Origin: Perkinsus chesapeaki ATCC PRA-425
Lineage: Eukaryota; Protista; Perkinsozoa
Direction of reading: 5' to 3'
Assembly: GCA_013115145.1 (NCBI GenBank)
Contig: JAAPAO010000138.1
Location: 1 to 64,000 of the forward strand
Length of the DNA stretch: 64,000 nt
Shown here: piece after piece, positions 44,483-56,260 of the stretch
Numbering within the stretch: the stretch's first letter is position 1
Layout of the letters: every line of letters starts with the position of its first letter
Notes under the pieces: model-generated
The model's input: only the letters and a program-made list of their open reading frames with translations
The model's database searches: none
What the model was told of the DNA's origin: nothing
Translations under genes and position numbers: made by a program

Positions 44483-47400
44483 ATGCTCCAGTCCATGGAT
44501 ATTGACGCTTGGTCCCTGCAGGTTCTGCGGGAGAAAGTGACGGCTGCTCTTCCCGTAGAAGGCAGCAGCAGCCCCTCTGAGAATGCCGAGGTCCCCACCG
44601 CCGCCCCCGCCGAGTCCCCTTCTATACAGCTCGGGGGTGGCAGTCCTCACGCAGCAGCGGGTGATGTCCCCGAGGACTGTGCAGACTATTGCCGCCAGTA
44701 TGGGGACAAGTACACACCAGAGTTGGAGAGTGTGATGACAGTCTGCCAGGGGATCTGCCAGGAATGCCCCTCTCTGGACAGCATGCAGCTCACTCATTAC
44801 ATCCTTCATTACCTCTGCTGCCCCCCTGATTCTAAACCCAACCTCATCAAAGCCGTCCTCAACTACTTTAACATACCTAGCGAAAAGAGCAAGGCAGCGG
44901 AGAGCCTCGTGTCGACCGCGTTCGCTTCGGCGTGTTCGTCACCGAAAGCCGCCTTCCGTCTGTGGGCCAGTCTGGTGTACTCAGACCAGCAGCCCTCTGC
45001 GGTGCTGCCACTCGTGGCGGCAGCATTCCTCGGCGAATTCGAGGAGTTCGAGCTCGGTCCTGACGATGTTGAGAAGTTGCTCAAGGTGGCGGAGACCTAC
45101 AAAGTTCCGCAGAGTTTTGTGGCGCAATGGGGGGAATCGGGAGACATAAAAGGGAACACTCTCACTGTTGAAGCCAGTCTTGTAGCCACTGTACTCCACA
45201 ACGATTACACAAGGGACACCAGCGGTGATGAGGATGAGCGTATGAGTGATGGTCTGTTTGGATACACCCTGAAGGACCATCCAATCTACCAGACGGTCAG
45301 CTCTGACACAGACCGAAGCAGCCGTAAATTCGTATTGTTGGATGCCCGTCGCAGCGACAGTGTAGCACGCTGCGATTCGGAACCAGTTGTCGAATCCTAT
45401 TGGGTTCAGCGGACTGTGCAACCGAAACGCCGACCTACTTTGGTAAGGATGATATTGGCTGATCTGGCATGTACTAATGGCACCACTGCTGCTTTAGCCC
45501 ACTGAAGATTGGATGAAGGACTTGGATGAGCTAGATGAAGCGGCGGGGGCGGGTAAGAAGGCATCATCGGAGGAGGAGGAGGACAAGCCCAAGGTGGAGC
45601 GTATTCGGAAAGAACGTCCAGTTGTCGTCCACCGACTCAGAGGGAAATTCGCAATCACCATTGATGGTGACGCTAATTATGGTGAGTAGCAATCCCCTAC
45701 GGCTAGCTCTGACCGAACTGCTCAGGCGACAGCTCATCGCCGGAGAAAGAGGCTTTGCTTGGGAAGTTGTCCGCAGCTGATGTCTACGGCAACATGCACA
45801 TTGTTATAGTTGGGGAAGGTACGCCACTCCTGCAGCAGCTCTAGCGAGTCCAACTCTTGTCAACCAGGTGACTCCGATGGACAGTCCTCTATTATGGCTG
45901 ACTGCCTTTCCCCTATTAAGCATGTTAGTGTGCTGGAAGGGGGATGGCCTGCTATTGTTAAGGCCCTATGTGAATTGGATAACAGCGCCGAATTCCTTAA
46001 TTGGGTTGCCTTCTGCGGCCCCTTCACCGAGAGGATGCGTGAGTGTCGATCATTTGCCATGCTTCGCGGCTCGATTGCTAACCTCACTTCAGTTCCAAAA
46101 CGCTCGGCCTCCCAATCGAGTGCGGCGGCGGCGGCCCTCCTGAAACCAGAGACACTGGAGAGCCTTCAAGTGAATTGGGAAGAATCCAAGAAGAACATGG
46201 CCAAGGGGTGGGATGCTTTTGGGAAGAGTGTAAGCGACACTGAAATGCATTGCTTGAAATGAGACCAGTGTGCAGATGAGCAGCGCTTGGAAGGACCTTG
46301 GAGCAGCTGCTCAGAAACAGACGGCGGCAGCGACCGCCGCTGTTGCCACTCGAAGGAGCAGTTCAACATCAGGCGAAACGCAAGACTTGGCATCGGATCC
46401 TTCCGGTCCACCTTCCACAGTAAGGGGACTTCAACTGCAAAGGCTTCTTGTTATACTGCCATTGCAGGGATTGAACTTTAATAATGTATTGAGGGAAGAG
46501 GACAAGGCAGCAATAACCGAGAATATGAACAAGGCTAAGGTAAGCCCGCTACTGGAGGATAGTCTTCAACGTCAGCTGTGTCATCACAGAACGTCATGGC
46601 CGGTTGGATCGCCAAGAGCGACAAATTCATCCACGAACAGCAGGTGAAGCTTGCGAAGCAACAGGAGGAGAAGAGGCAAGCAGAGGAAAGGAAGAAGGCT
46701 GAAACGGCGGCGATCATAGCCGTCATGCAAGGTGAGTACCAAGTTAACATCATCCATGCTCTCATGCCTTTTTCAGATAATGGTGGATCGGCAACCACTA
46801 GGGGAGGCAGAGGCAGCAAGAAGGCAAGAAATAACCCTGAGTTCTCAACTTGGGTATTTGCTGTACTCAAGCAGGTCCCTTCTGGGGCTGCCCCATCGAC
46901 GACGGCGGGAAAGGTGTATGATGAGGACGTACTGTCTGAGGATGAAGATGATAACATATTTGAGATTGGAGACGAGAGCTCCGGCGATGAAGATGACGAT
47001 GGGGTGTTTGTTGGTAGCTCGCCGCCCAAGGATCAAAGCGTCCAGCGCGCAGCTGAGCAGGTAGCCGCATTCTCGTCATTTGCGTCGGGTCTATCTCTTT
47101 GCTATTAGTCCTGTCTTCGAGATGCTAGTGCTATGGTTGGGACGCTGCAACGCTTGGGGAAAGGAGATGTGGTGTCCTGGGAAGAAGACCTTCTCCCGGT
47201 CGGTGCACGGAAATTCAAGTGCCAGAAGCTCACGCATCAATCAAGGCTAGACCGGAAGGCTCCGGTTACACGAGCAGTTGAAAAGGAGGAGTCAGGGAAT
47301 TGGTGGAACAATGCGAAGAAGTTCGCTACAAGTCTGGCAGCACCGTTCGATCCGTTGGTCCCTGTGGACAGAGTCATCGTTCTAGTGCTGAACCAACTTC

Positions 47401-47779
47401 TCATTTGTGAGGATATGGGGGAACAAAAGTTGAAGGTGAAGAGCAACCACAGAGTGCAACAGATTCAAAGAGTTAGCTTTGCTGAAGATCATCCCGATAA
47501 GATATCATTTTCATACAGAGTAAGCTGATGTCACTTTGCAAGCACCATTCGGCATCTCAGAACTCATCTAAGTGTAATACTTACAAGCTGCTCCCGTTGC
47601 CCGAGGCGCCAGAGCTTTCGCCAAACCAGCAATTGATGACTTGTCTCAAGCAGCGTTTAAGCAGCCTCAACGTTGGTATGCGTTTGACTGTCACTGATGG
47701 TCCACCCCGCCCGATGGCTCCTCCTCCTCGCGGTGCTAGAGACAAGGGTGATGATGTTGATCATGATCTATTAAATTGA
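44483..47779 (+). CDS. TBC1D23-like protein (TBC-like + rhodanese + PH-like)
   Basis: YCRQYGDKYTPEL TBC-like segment; rhodanese FVLLDARR and VSVLEGGWPA; C-terminal VKSNHRVQQIQRVSFAEDHPDKISFSY resembles the TBC1D23 C-terminal domain. Confidence 0.65.
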
Positions 47780-48422
47780 TGATTTATCTTTTTTTATTGC
47801 GATAGTTGAAAGTGGCAGCATTTCGATATATTTCAACCACCTCTGTGCTTTTCAAGTTGGAACAATAGTTAGTTAACAATTTACGACTAACGCAAGATGA
47901 ACTGATACGTAGATCAATAGAAATGCGGACAATAAAAGACAGTCATCACATTACCTTCTCTCTTAAGAATGGTAAACATGAGAGCTATGGTATGAATATG
48001 CGCGATGGTTTTCACATTGAAAGATCCTCTCTTTACCACCAACTCCAGCCAACATGACATTATATTGATGCGCGAAGTTGAGCTGGGAATCGCATCCAAC
48101 TTCAGTAGTCCGGTACACCTGTTTCTGCCGACGGTTTTCATATAATGCCAGATGAAACTTACACCCCATTTTGAATACATTCTTAATCCAGCGTATGGTA
48201 CGCTAGTAGACCACAGAATTACCGGTCGTCATCCGCAGTTCGGACGACTCCGACGAGCAAGAAATCGCTACGAACACGTGGGGTCGTGAGCGTAAAGGAA
48301 CTAAAGCCACGCAGTTCTGGTGGAGTTATCCCATGCGGAGAACCTTCGGTAGTGACTTAACGCAATGAAGCCAGTATCACATACATCGATAGATACACAA
48401 CCAACATGTTTGTAAAGGAAAG

Positions 48423-48875
48423 CTAAGCTCTATCTATCTTTGTAATACCGGAAGCATAGTAGTCACCGGGTTGACACTCTCCGGTCTCAAAACTCAGGTC
48501 TTCTCCCTCGAACGTAGTTCTAACCGTCTGGGTTCTCCCGTCGTATTGGAAAGGCACCAAATCATTGTCGACCATCCTTGCTGTGTTCTCACATCTGTAG
48601 AAGACGTTTTTCATCAACTTTTCGTAAGCTTGCCTGCTCCCCTCCTGGAGCGTGTAAATGCTAGAGTCTTGATTCACAGCGAGGTAAGCAGATGAGACGG
48701 CTTGACACTTGACGGTGGCCTTGATATATACGCCGTCCTTATGTACTATGGTTAACTCTACACAAACACCCGGACGGATAACCTTGTGGAATATTGTACT
48801 AGTCTTGGACAGGCCGTGAACGCTCATCGACATCAGGAGCAGGAATGAGTGGCAGACTTGGTGAATAATTCCCAT
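48423..48875 (-). CDS. Small secreted Cys-patterned protein, paralog A (150 aa, intronless)
   Basis: Signal peptide MGIIHQVCHSFLLLMSMSVHG; shares GVCV..., NDL..FQY, TF.G...F..G.C with 49288-49722. Confidence 0.75.
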   Translation of the reverse strand: MGIIHQVCHSFLLLMSMSVHGLSKTSTIFHKVIRPGVCVELTIVHKDGVYIKATVKCQAVSSAYLAVNQDSSIYTLQEGSRQAYEKLMKNVFYRCENTARMVDNDLVPFQYDGRTQTVRTTFEGEDLSFETGECQPGDYYASGITKIDRA

Positions 48876-49287
48876 TGAAAAAGGAAACTGTGAACTAATA
48901 ATATTTACAAAAGTCTTCAAATTTAAATTTGAGTTGTATGATACAACCCTGTAGACATCAGCGCCGCCTACAGCCGAACTTGAGCAACTCACAACTAATG
49001 CCAATGGTTAATCTATCTTAACAATATCTCATCATTATAGTTCACTATTATAAAGTCTCACGGATTCTATATGCCCAGCAGCGGCTGTGAGTGTGATTAC
49101 AGGCCGCAACAGTTCAATATATTTGCAAATATGTTGTCATGTGCCAGTAGTCTAGCCACACTCGATTTGAGCTCAACGTAAACAACTGGTATTGGTGAGG
49201 ACACAAACATCATATGCACATGAATTGATAAACATGAGTGTTATTGCTTGGACGATAATCATATTCTTCGGGAACCGGTAGAGCGTG

Positions 49288-49722
49288 TTATACAGAGATA
49301 GAGACTGATCCTGGACATTGTCCCCGTTCAAAGCTCCTAACCACACCGCCAAAAGTGGCCATCATAATGTCTCTATCCCGCATATACTGAAAAGATTGTA
49401 AATCATTTTGAGGTAGTATATTAGCGTCTCGCGGACATGACACGGCTGCATTGCGCAATAATATCATCAAGTAAGTTAAGTCCGTGACTTCGTATCGCTG
49501 AGGCCTTCCAACCGTAGTGAGCTCTGGGGGGATGCATGTCCTCGTCGAAGGGCACCGGATTTCTAACTTGACTGCTAGGACTTCGGGGCCGTCACTGATG
49601 CGCATCTGTACACACACTCCCTCAATAATGTTGGTGAAGAATGGGTAGCTAGGAGGCAGCGAGTGACCATAAACGCATACAGACACGCAGAGGAGGAGAT
49701 AGAATTGACGATTGATCCCCAT
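49288..49722 (-). CDS. Small secreted Cys-patterned protein, paralog B (144 aa, intronless)
   Basis: Signal peptide MGINRQFYLLLCVSVCVYG; same motif series as paralog A. Confidence 0.75.
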   Translation of the reverse strand: MGINRQFYLLLCVSVCVYGHSLPPSYPFFTNIIEGVCVQMRISDGPEVLAVKLEIRCPSTRTCIPPELTTVGRPQRYEVTDLTYLMILLRNAAVSCPRDANILPQNDLQSFQYMRDRDIMMATFGGVVRSFERGQCPGSVSISV

Positions 49723-50059
49723 GGTAAATGAAAAACGCTGTAAGTACACTGCAATCTATCCGCACGTCAGAGATGTTCTTGGAACCCATGAACGCCGTCG
49801 AACCACAAATGACACATCCTGCGACTAGGTGCACAGTACTATATCTTACTCATGGAAACTAATAATATCATATATCGTTATAACTGTACACTAGCAACGT
49901 CTATCCGATCCCACATGAGCCACCAATGATACTCTCTAATGCCCCGATGATGATGAAGGAATGGTTACAAACACAACCCAGTGAAATATGAGGCAGGTAG
50001 TCAGTAGCTTAGTATTAAGAAACTGACCTCACGTAGTTGTAGTAGTGACAGGTAATCTA

Positions 50060-52317
50060 TTATTCACCCCTAAAGGTTTTAACATCAGGACCATCAGCCA
50101 AAACCAAACCACTAGCATCATTCAGCCAGGCTAGAGCACTGCCATTAGCATCGAAGTGGGCGACCTCTGAGAGAGAAGTCTTGCCGTGGAAATGATAGAC
50201 ATCAGCTCCTTTATTAGAACCTGAATACTTGAGTAATAGTATTTACGGTTATTCTATGTTACTACCAGCAGCTAGATAGTGTCCACTATTATCAAAGCTT
50301 AGGTGTTCAACTGGCTCAGCAGCGGCTGTAAGTGTAGCAAAGTCAGTGGCCTTCCGAAGGTCCCACAGTTTAATCTCACCCTCCTTGGTACCTATACACT
50401 GTTACAGTAAGGAAAGCCACTAATTGGACTACTACCGGTTGCCATGTGATAACCGTTCTCACTGAAGGCGAGTGCAGTAACATTGGCATGGGGCATCTTC
50501 GCGCTGGTCATCTGTCAAACGCCGTATAGTGTGAAATCCTCAACCTTATATAACTAACCTCGGCCTTCTGTTGAAGACTGTATACGCTGACACATCCAGT
50601 CTTATTATTGTAATAAGCGAACAGACTTCCATCCGGATGCATACCGAAGGCCTCTCCAGTAGAACTGGTATTACCTATTGAAATGATAATGACAAGGAGC
50701 TCTCTGACGCTAAACTTACTCATATCTATCAGATGGCTAAGGCCTTGGTCCCTATCCATCTTCACAATATACCATTTACCACACTCTGTAGCCACCACCA
50801 AGGCTTCACCAGTTGGATGCCAATCAACATACGTTACAGGAGACCCGACAGACAAGGGGTTGCCCACAGCGACATGCTCACACTAACATTCGAAGCTGGC
50901 TTCCTCCCAGCTGCTGCATTAGCCCGCTAATAGTACCTCCCATTCCCCTTCTTTCGATGACTTCCACAGTCTCACATTACCATCAGCACCACCAGTAGCA
51001 AAGAGCTCCTCATTGGGGTGCAACTTCACTGCGGTCACAGCTGTCTTATCAGAGCTCTAGGGGATAAGTAATACACACGAGGGAGGGCTCTATTACATGT
51101 GCCACGGAACAGACAGTAGTCTTGTTGCCACGATTGTAGAGTGTAGCAGATCCCGCAGAGCCTAGAGGCGGTGATCAGCCCTTAATGGCCCCCCTTACAA
51201 GACCAACACTACTACCTCCAACTAACATCCTATCATTATCCTGGAAATGGACATCGATGGCGGTAACCTTGGCCCCAGCAGTAGCCGCACTCTTACGCCG
51301 ACGTTTACCTATTACAATATAATAATGCTAACTATTGGGTGTATCGTTACCACTTGGGGAGGTAGTATCTGCCTGAGCTACCTTCTCAGCGGTATCCTGT
51401 GAAGTGTATGACCTGGGGTGACGACACTACCGACAACAGCTGGGGTATGGCGAGCTGCTACTTCACAGCATCCTCCTTGGCCAACTTAGGATGCTTACGC
51501 TTCTTCCTGCCGCTCACCAACTTCTCAGATAATGCCACTGCTTCCTGAGAGTACCCGCTATCGAAGTAACCTCCGAAGAATCTTTTACCTGTATGAAGCT
51601 GTCTCCATCAGCTTCCTCAGCCACTCCCTCTTGAGCCCCTGTACCATCAACATCCATACCAGAGCTACCATATGCCCGAGCCTTGGCCAAATCCGAGCTC
51701 AGCTGCCTCACTCTTGACACAGCCAGATCCCTAAAGGCTCGATACTCCAGGAAGGCATCTGGCGGTTTAGTACCGTTCCTTAGCCAACCTGCATATCACA
51801 CGACAGGCGGCCTCATGCTGGTAGAGAGTCTGTGATAGCTGCTCCCTAGTAGTTGATAAGGATTCCCTCAGTTTATACCTGCATTGCCAGCGCCGTGCCA
51901 CTGCAAGACCCCCTTGCCACTAACACGCCCCCTAGTACGTTTCCAGCATTAGATTGTCCCATTCATTCTGGAAATCACGCAGCATAGCAGATATAGACGA
52001 GGAGGTAGCCGGGCGAGGGGTCACCACAGAGTTGGCTGAGATAGTAGTTGGCCGGATAGGGAGGCAGCTTGCAGCAATGGACGTCGTGGTATTACTGTGT
52101 ATGGGGTAGAGATCGGTCTCCTTGTCCAGGTCCTGGCCTGTCACTGGGCATTTACCACCGTTCTCTGTTAAAGCCTTCTCAATCAATCGACGGGAAAAGA
52201 CGTATCCTGTTATCGCGTTAGGGTGCTAGTATAGTAGTATTAATGCTGCTTCCTACCTGTCTTAGATAATACCGGATCATCAGGGACTTCACCAGATATG
52301 GCACACACGATAGTCAT
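50060..52317 (-). CDS. PRP19: Pre-mRNA processing factor 19 (U-box, coiled coil, WD40)
   Basis: [21 protein letters not shown]|[22 protein letters not shown]; [21 protein letters not shown]; [15 protein letters not shown]; WD40 exons downstream. Confidence 0.93.
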
Positions 52318-52402
52318 ATTAGTCGATGAAAGAGTAAGACACCAAACTAGAGGAAATAGTACAAGGCAGCAGCGGCAGCAGACTTTACAATAATACAGGG
52401 AA

Positions 52403-52470
52403 GTGTCTAACCAACAGTCAGTCAGTGGCCCTGAATGACACCCGAGTTCGATCCCGGAGACGCACATTTT
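52403..52470 (+). pseudogene. Possible degenerate tRNA relic (T-arm and acceptor strand plus TTTT)
   Basis: CCCGAGTTCGATCCCGGAGACGCACATTTT has a B-box/T-arm-like hairpin; upstream GTGTCT can pair with AGACGC, but no D- or anticodon arm is recognisable. Confidence 0.35.
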
Positions 52471-52609
52471 AACATCATTTCCGCAGGTACTTGCAATTGC
52501 ATTACAGAGCGCATGTTAACACGACAAGTTAGTTGTTGACAAACCGGCATCATTTTGCAAAAAAGGCAACTATTAACAATGCATCATAATCATCATATCC
52601 TTCAGCTAT

Positions 52610-53625
52610 CTAGCTGGCCTTCTTATCTTTCCTTTCGGTCTTCCCATTGTCCTTCAAGCTACCATTCTGTTTGCTGCTGTTCTTGGCGGCCTTCTTACGA
52701 TGACTTCTTATCTTCATCATCACTGGTATAAGACCGCATATTGCCAATGACACTGCACATGCTTTAACGTCATCAGAGCCCATGGACTGTATAAGGACCT
52801 ATCAACCAATGCTAATAAGCAATAGCAGCTAAAGCTACGTACATCAGTGGCCGAGACTTTAGTGTCTTGGTCAAGCGTGGCGAGGACGTTGGTCATGGCC
52901 CGGCCAGCTGTGGTGTAGAGGACCGATCCTGGTATAACTGCTACACCAGTAGCTGACATAAACGTGGTGAACGGTACACCAATGAGAGCAGCACATCCAT
53001 TTACAAACCAGAAGGGGAACACCTGATGGCCAACGAGTTCGGGATTCGCGTCAGGGTGGTGATTGATCTGTATGATTTACCAATGTGTATCTTGCGGCAA
53101 TAAGATAGACAAAAGCATTGTCCTTTAAGTTCCTCTCAAGCTTCCTATAAAGCGCACTATCCGTATTAAGTAACCATTTAGCAAAGTCCGCTAACACAGT
53201 ACGGACCAGTAAGTAGGACACACATGCCCCAATGACGTACCTAGACAGGAGAGAGAGACAATATGGAACAGAGGTGGAGGATGCAATAACAACCCACCCA
53301 AGGTATGAAAATATCGCTGCATAGGGCTGGTCGAAGAATAGCCCTCCAGCGAAGGATAGGGTAGTGGCACCTGGAATAGTGAGGCCAATATCCAAACACA
53401 TGGCCATCATATAGATACAACCCGAGAGCCAAAAGTTCTTATCAACCTGGAAAAGGGAAGGACGTCATACCAAAGAGATGAGCTGCTGTTACGCACCTCA
53501 GCTGCTATCCAATCTCGATTAACCTTTATTGAGTGCAGACTCAAAAGATAGCCAAACTTGTAGTAAAGGCTAAATGCTACTGCCAGCATCGCCACACCAA
53601 AACCAAGACGGAAGCGTGATACCAT
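52610..53625 (-). CDS. VTT/DedA (SNARE-associated, TVP38/TMEM41-like) membrane protein
   Basis: LTIPGATTLSFAGGLFF, GACVSYLLVR, YLIAARYTLV|FPFWFVNGCAALIGVPFTTFMSATGVAVIPG. Confidence 0.85.
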
Positions 53626-53843
53626 AAAAAATGATTCTAGGAGGAGGCTTAATTGGGTTAACAACTAATGATAAAGATAGGCGGATTGGTGATAGCACAA
53701 CAGGAGTAATGGAAACTCAAGTGTCATTAGGGGTAGGCAAGCCTTGGGCTTCCCTCCACGTGGTTAGCCATTTGCGGTTCAATTTTATATGCAATGCCTC
53801 CGACATCACTGCCCTATCCTGGAACGTATATACATCCATCAGC

Positions 53844-56153
53844 TTACGCATTACCTAATAATAAAGGTATTGGGCGAATGAGGGAACGCAGCCATCTTAC
53901 TGTCTCGCTGGAGTTCTCGACAATCCAATCTCTGTGCACCAGAACCGCAGCGATGACCAGTCTAAGGGGATAGAGGAGCTCAAACAGTGGCTCCGCGTCG
54001 GACCAGAAGAGGGAATCCCAGGCAGTTACGTCAGACAGTACACCAGCGCCTCCAAGCTTGATAACAAGGGCTAAGTTCGCTACCGCAAGTTCGATACTGA
54101 CACCTTCGGCACGCAGCCGACCGGCAAGTCTACCATCAAGTGCGCCGAAGTAGGCTGGCATACAGAGGTCCACCAGGAGGCTTAGACGCCTCAAACACCG
54201 ACGCCGATGCAGGACAAGCCAGTCCTTGGATACCACAGGCGTGCCTCTGACAGGCTCTGGTGCCAACTCGGATAACACCGTGTGTGGGGGAAAACCAAGC
54301 CACACTTCAGAAAGGAAGGCCTCTCTGTCAAGTTCAGCTGTCGTCGGGAACGCACAGGCACACCAGGCCTGGAATCCGAACCGAAGTTGATGAGTTAGAG
54401 CCCCTTGTCGAAGGCAGTACCGTATGAGCTTGGACCCGAGTGACTTACGGTCTGTCCTGGAACTATGCAAAAGGGTCTGGTACATGTCCCTGTTACAAAG
54501 GCCCAGTCTGGCCACCAGTGCCAAATCACCACTGTACTCCACCACAAGGGTCAGAGCTCGGATGGGTACACCTGCTACATCACCTTCCCTGGCCTTGGGA
54601 GAGGCAGACGACCTCTTTATCGGCACTGGCGGTGGGTTGTGTTGATAGGGATGCCTCACACGATAAGCCATAACCTCTGCCACCACAAGGCAGGCCAGAT
54701 GGCCAACCATGGCCGTAGGCATGTCCCTTATGTACGGTTCCCCCAGTACTAGCCCAACCGGTCTCATAGAGAGTGCTTTACTAAACACTCGCCTACTAGT
54801 TGCTTTCGATATGCCCATAGAGCTTATTGCTGTAATGGAAGTTTGAGGTGACAAGGTGAGGACGCTAGCAGGCGGGTGGGTCGCTGCTATACGCCAAGAC
54901 GGAGGCGGAGCCGCTACCTCAAGCCCTAGAGGGCCGGGCTCTGAGAAGGCCACGTCCCGGATACCGAACACCCGGGCCCGCCATTCACGAATAGCTCGGC
55001 CCCACAGCCATGGTATCGATTGCGTAACGTCCCTGAGGCCCTCGAGCATGCTGTTGGAGGGTAGGTAAATCCCTTTAGTTGAGGCTGCTATGGAGGAGGA
55101 GGACACAGTGGGAGGACCATTGGGCACCTCTGAGTGGGCACGCTTCAACTTGCTAAGTTTGGCATGGTTTTCCCGGCGCTCCTCTAGTAGTTTGTTGAGA
55201 CCTCTGGCCAGGAAGGCCTGCGTAAGTGTACTGGTAATTGTTGGTATGGAATGGATGGTGTCACAAGTCAGTAGGTATCCACCAGTGGATGCGCATAGAT
55301 CCTCAACTTCGGCTAAGTGCTCAGTTGTCGGGTCCGGCCCGAGATGCAGTACTGATATAGGTGGCATCTTTGTACCTAGCCTTCGCCGTGCTTCAGTGGC
55401 CAGCGGACTGGATAGCTGTGCATTCGATGCGTCTCCGCTAATGGTGATGATGAGGACCCTGGAGGATGCCGGCGGCTGGGACGGCTCTATTTGAGCCCAT
55501 ATGGGTGCAGGCGGCGGACTTGGCTTATCCTCCAGGTCCATTATATAATTCTTAACTTCCTCCGGGTCGTATCTAATACGACATGAGGCATGAATGGTAG
55601 TAGCATGCATGCACACAACTCACTGTCCCTTATTAAATGTAAATGCATTGGTGACGCCACCGTCCCACCATCGATCACTAATACTGCAGAGTGTCTCGTC
55701 CGCAGTGACATCGTAGAACATTCCGACTTTGACCTGGTCCGCCGCCTTAGCCACAGTTGTCAACTCTCGAAGAGTCTGAATGAGGGCTGTGAGGTACGAG
55801 GAGTACCTGCCATTACCCTCAATCCACACACGTCCACAACGTCGCGCGCCACGAAACTACTTCTCTTTCAGTGCTTTATCGAATGCCTCAGACTCTGCAT
55901 TAGTGCCATACAAAATACTACTAGCGGCTTCTCGTACAGCCATTCGCATACCCTACATAGACCGAATACAGAGAAAGAAGGTTTAGACGACAATACCCAC
56001 CAGCGGGGTATCAGGAATGCTCTTGGACGGTAATTGCTCCATGAGCTTAGTCTGCAACTCCTCCTCTATCTGTCGAGGGCTGGCCAATGCCGAATGAATA
56101 CGCCATGGTGACACTTCAAGGAGGAATACGAGCCGGTGCTCGAGATCGGGCAT
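53844..56153 (-). CDS. Hypothetical multidomain protein (vWA-like, PDZ-like, TBC-like segments)
   Basis: 590-aa terminal ORF plus upstream exons from MPDLEHRLVFLLEV; RVLIITISGD / ISVLHLG / LCASTGG (vWA-like); VAFSEPGPLGLEV...RPVGLVL (PDZ-like); AWDSLFW region (TBC-like). Confidence 0.45.
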
Positions 56154-56260
56154 CGACGTCGCCAAGGCCGACGAAAAAACTGCCAAATGGCAATGTGTGG
56201 AGAACAACAACAACAACAACAACTGAACTCTTTAAAAGTGAATATCTCATAAACTTATCA

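Noticed and set aside
44378-44809. Antisense ORF, and many similar 60-160 aa ORFs in the track
   Set aside because: Shadows of well-supported genes on the opposite strand or in another frame; no motifs.
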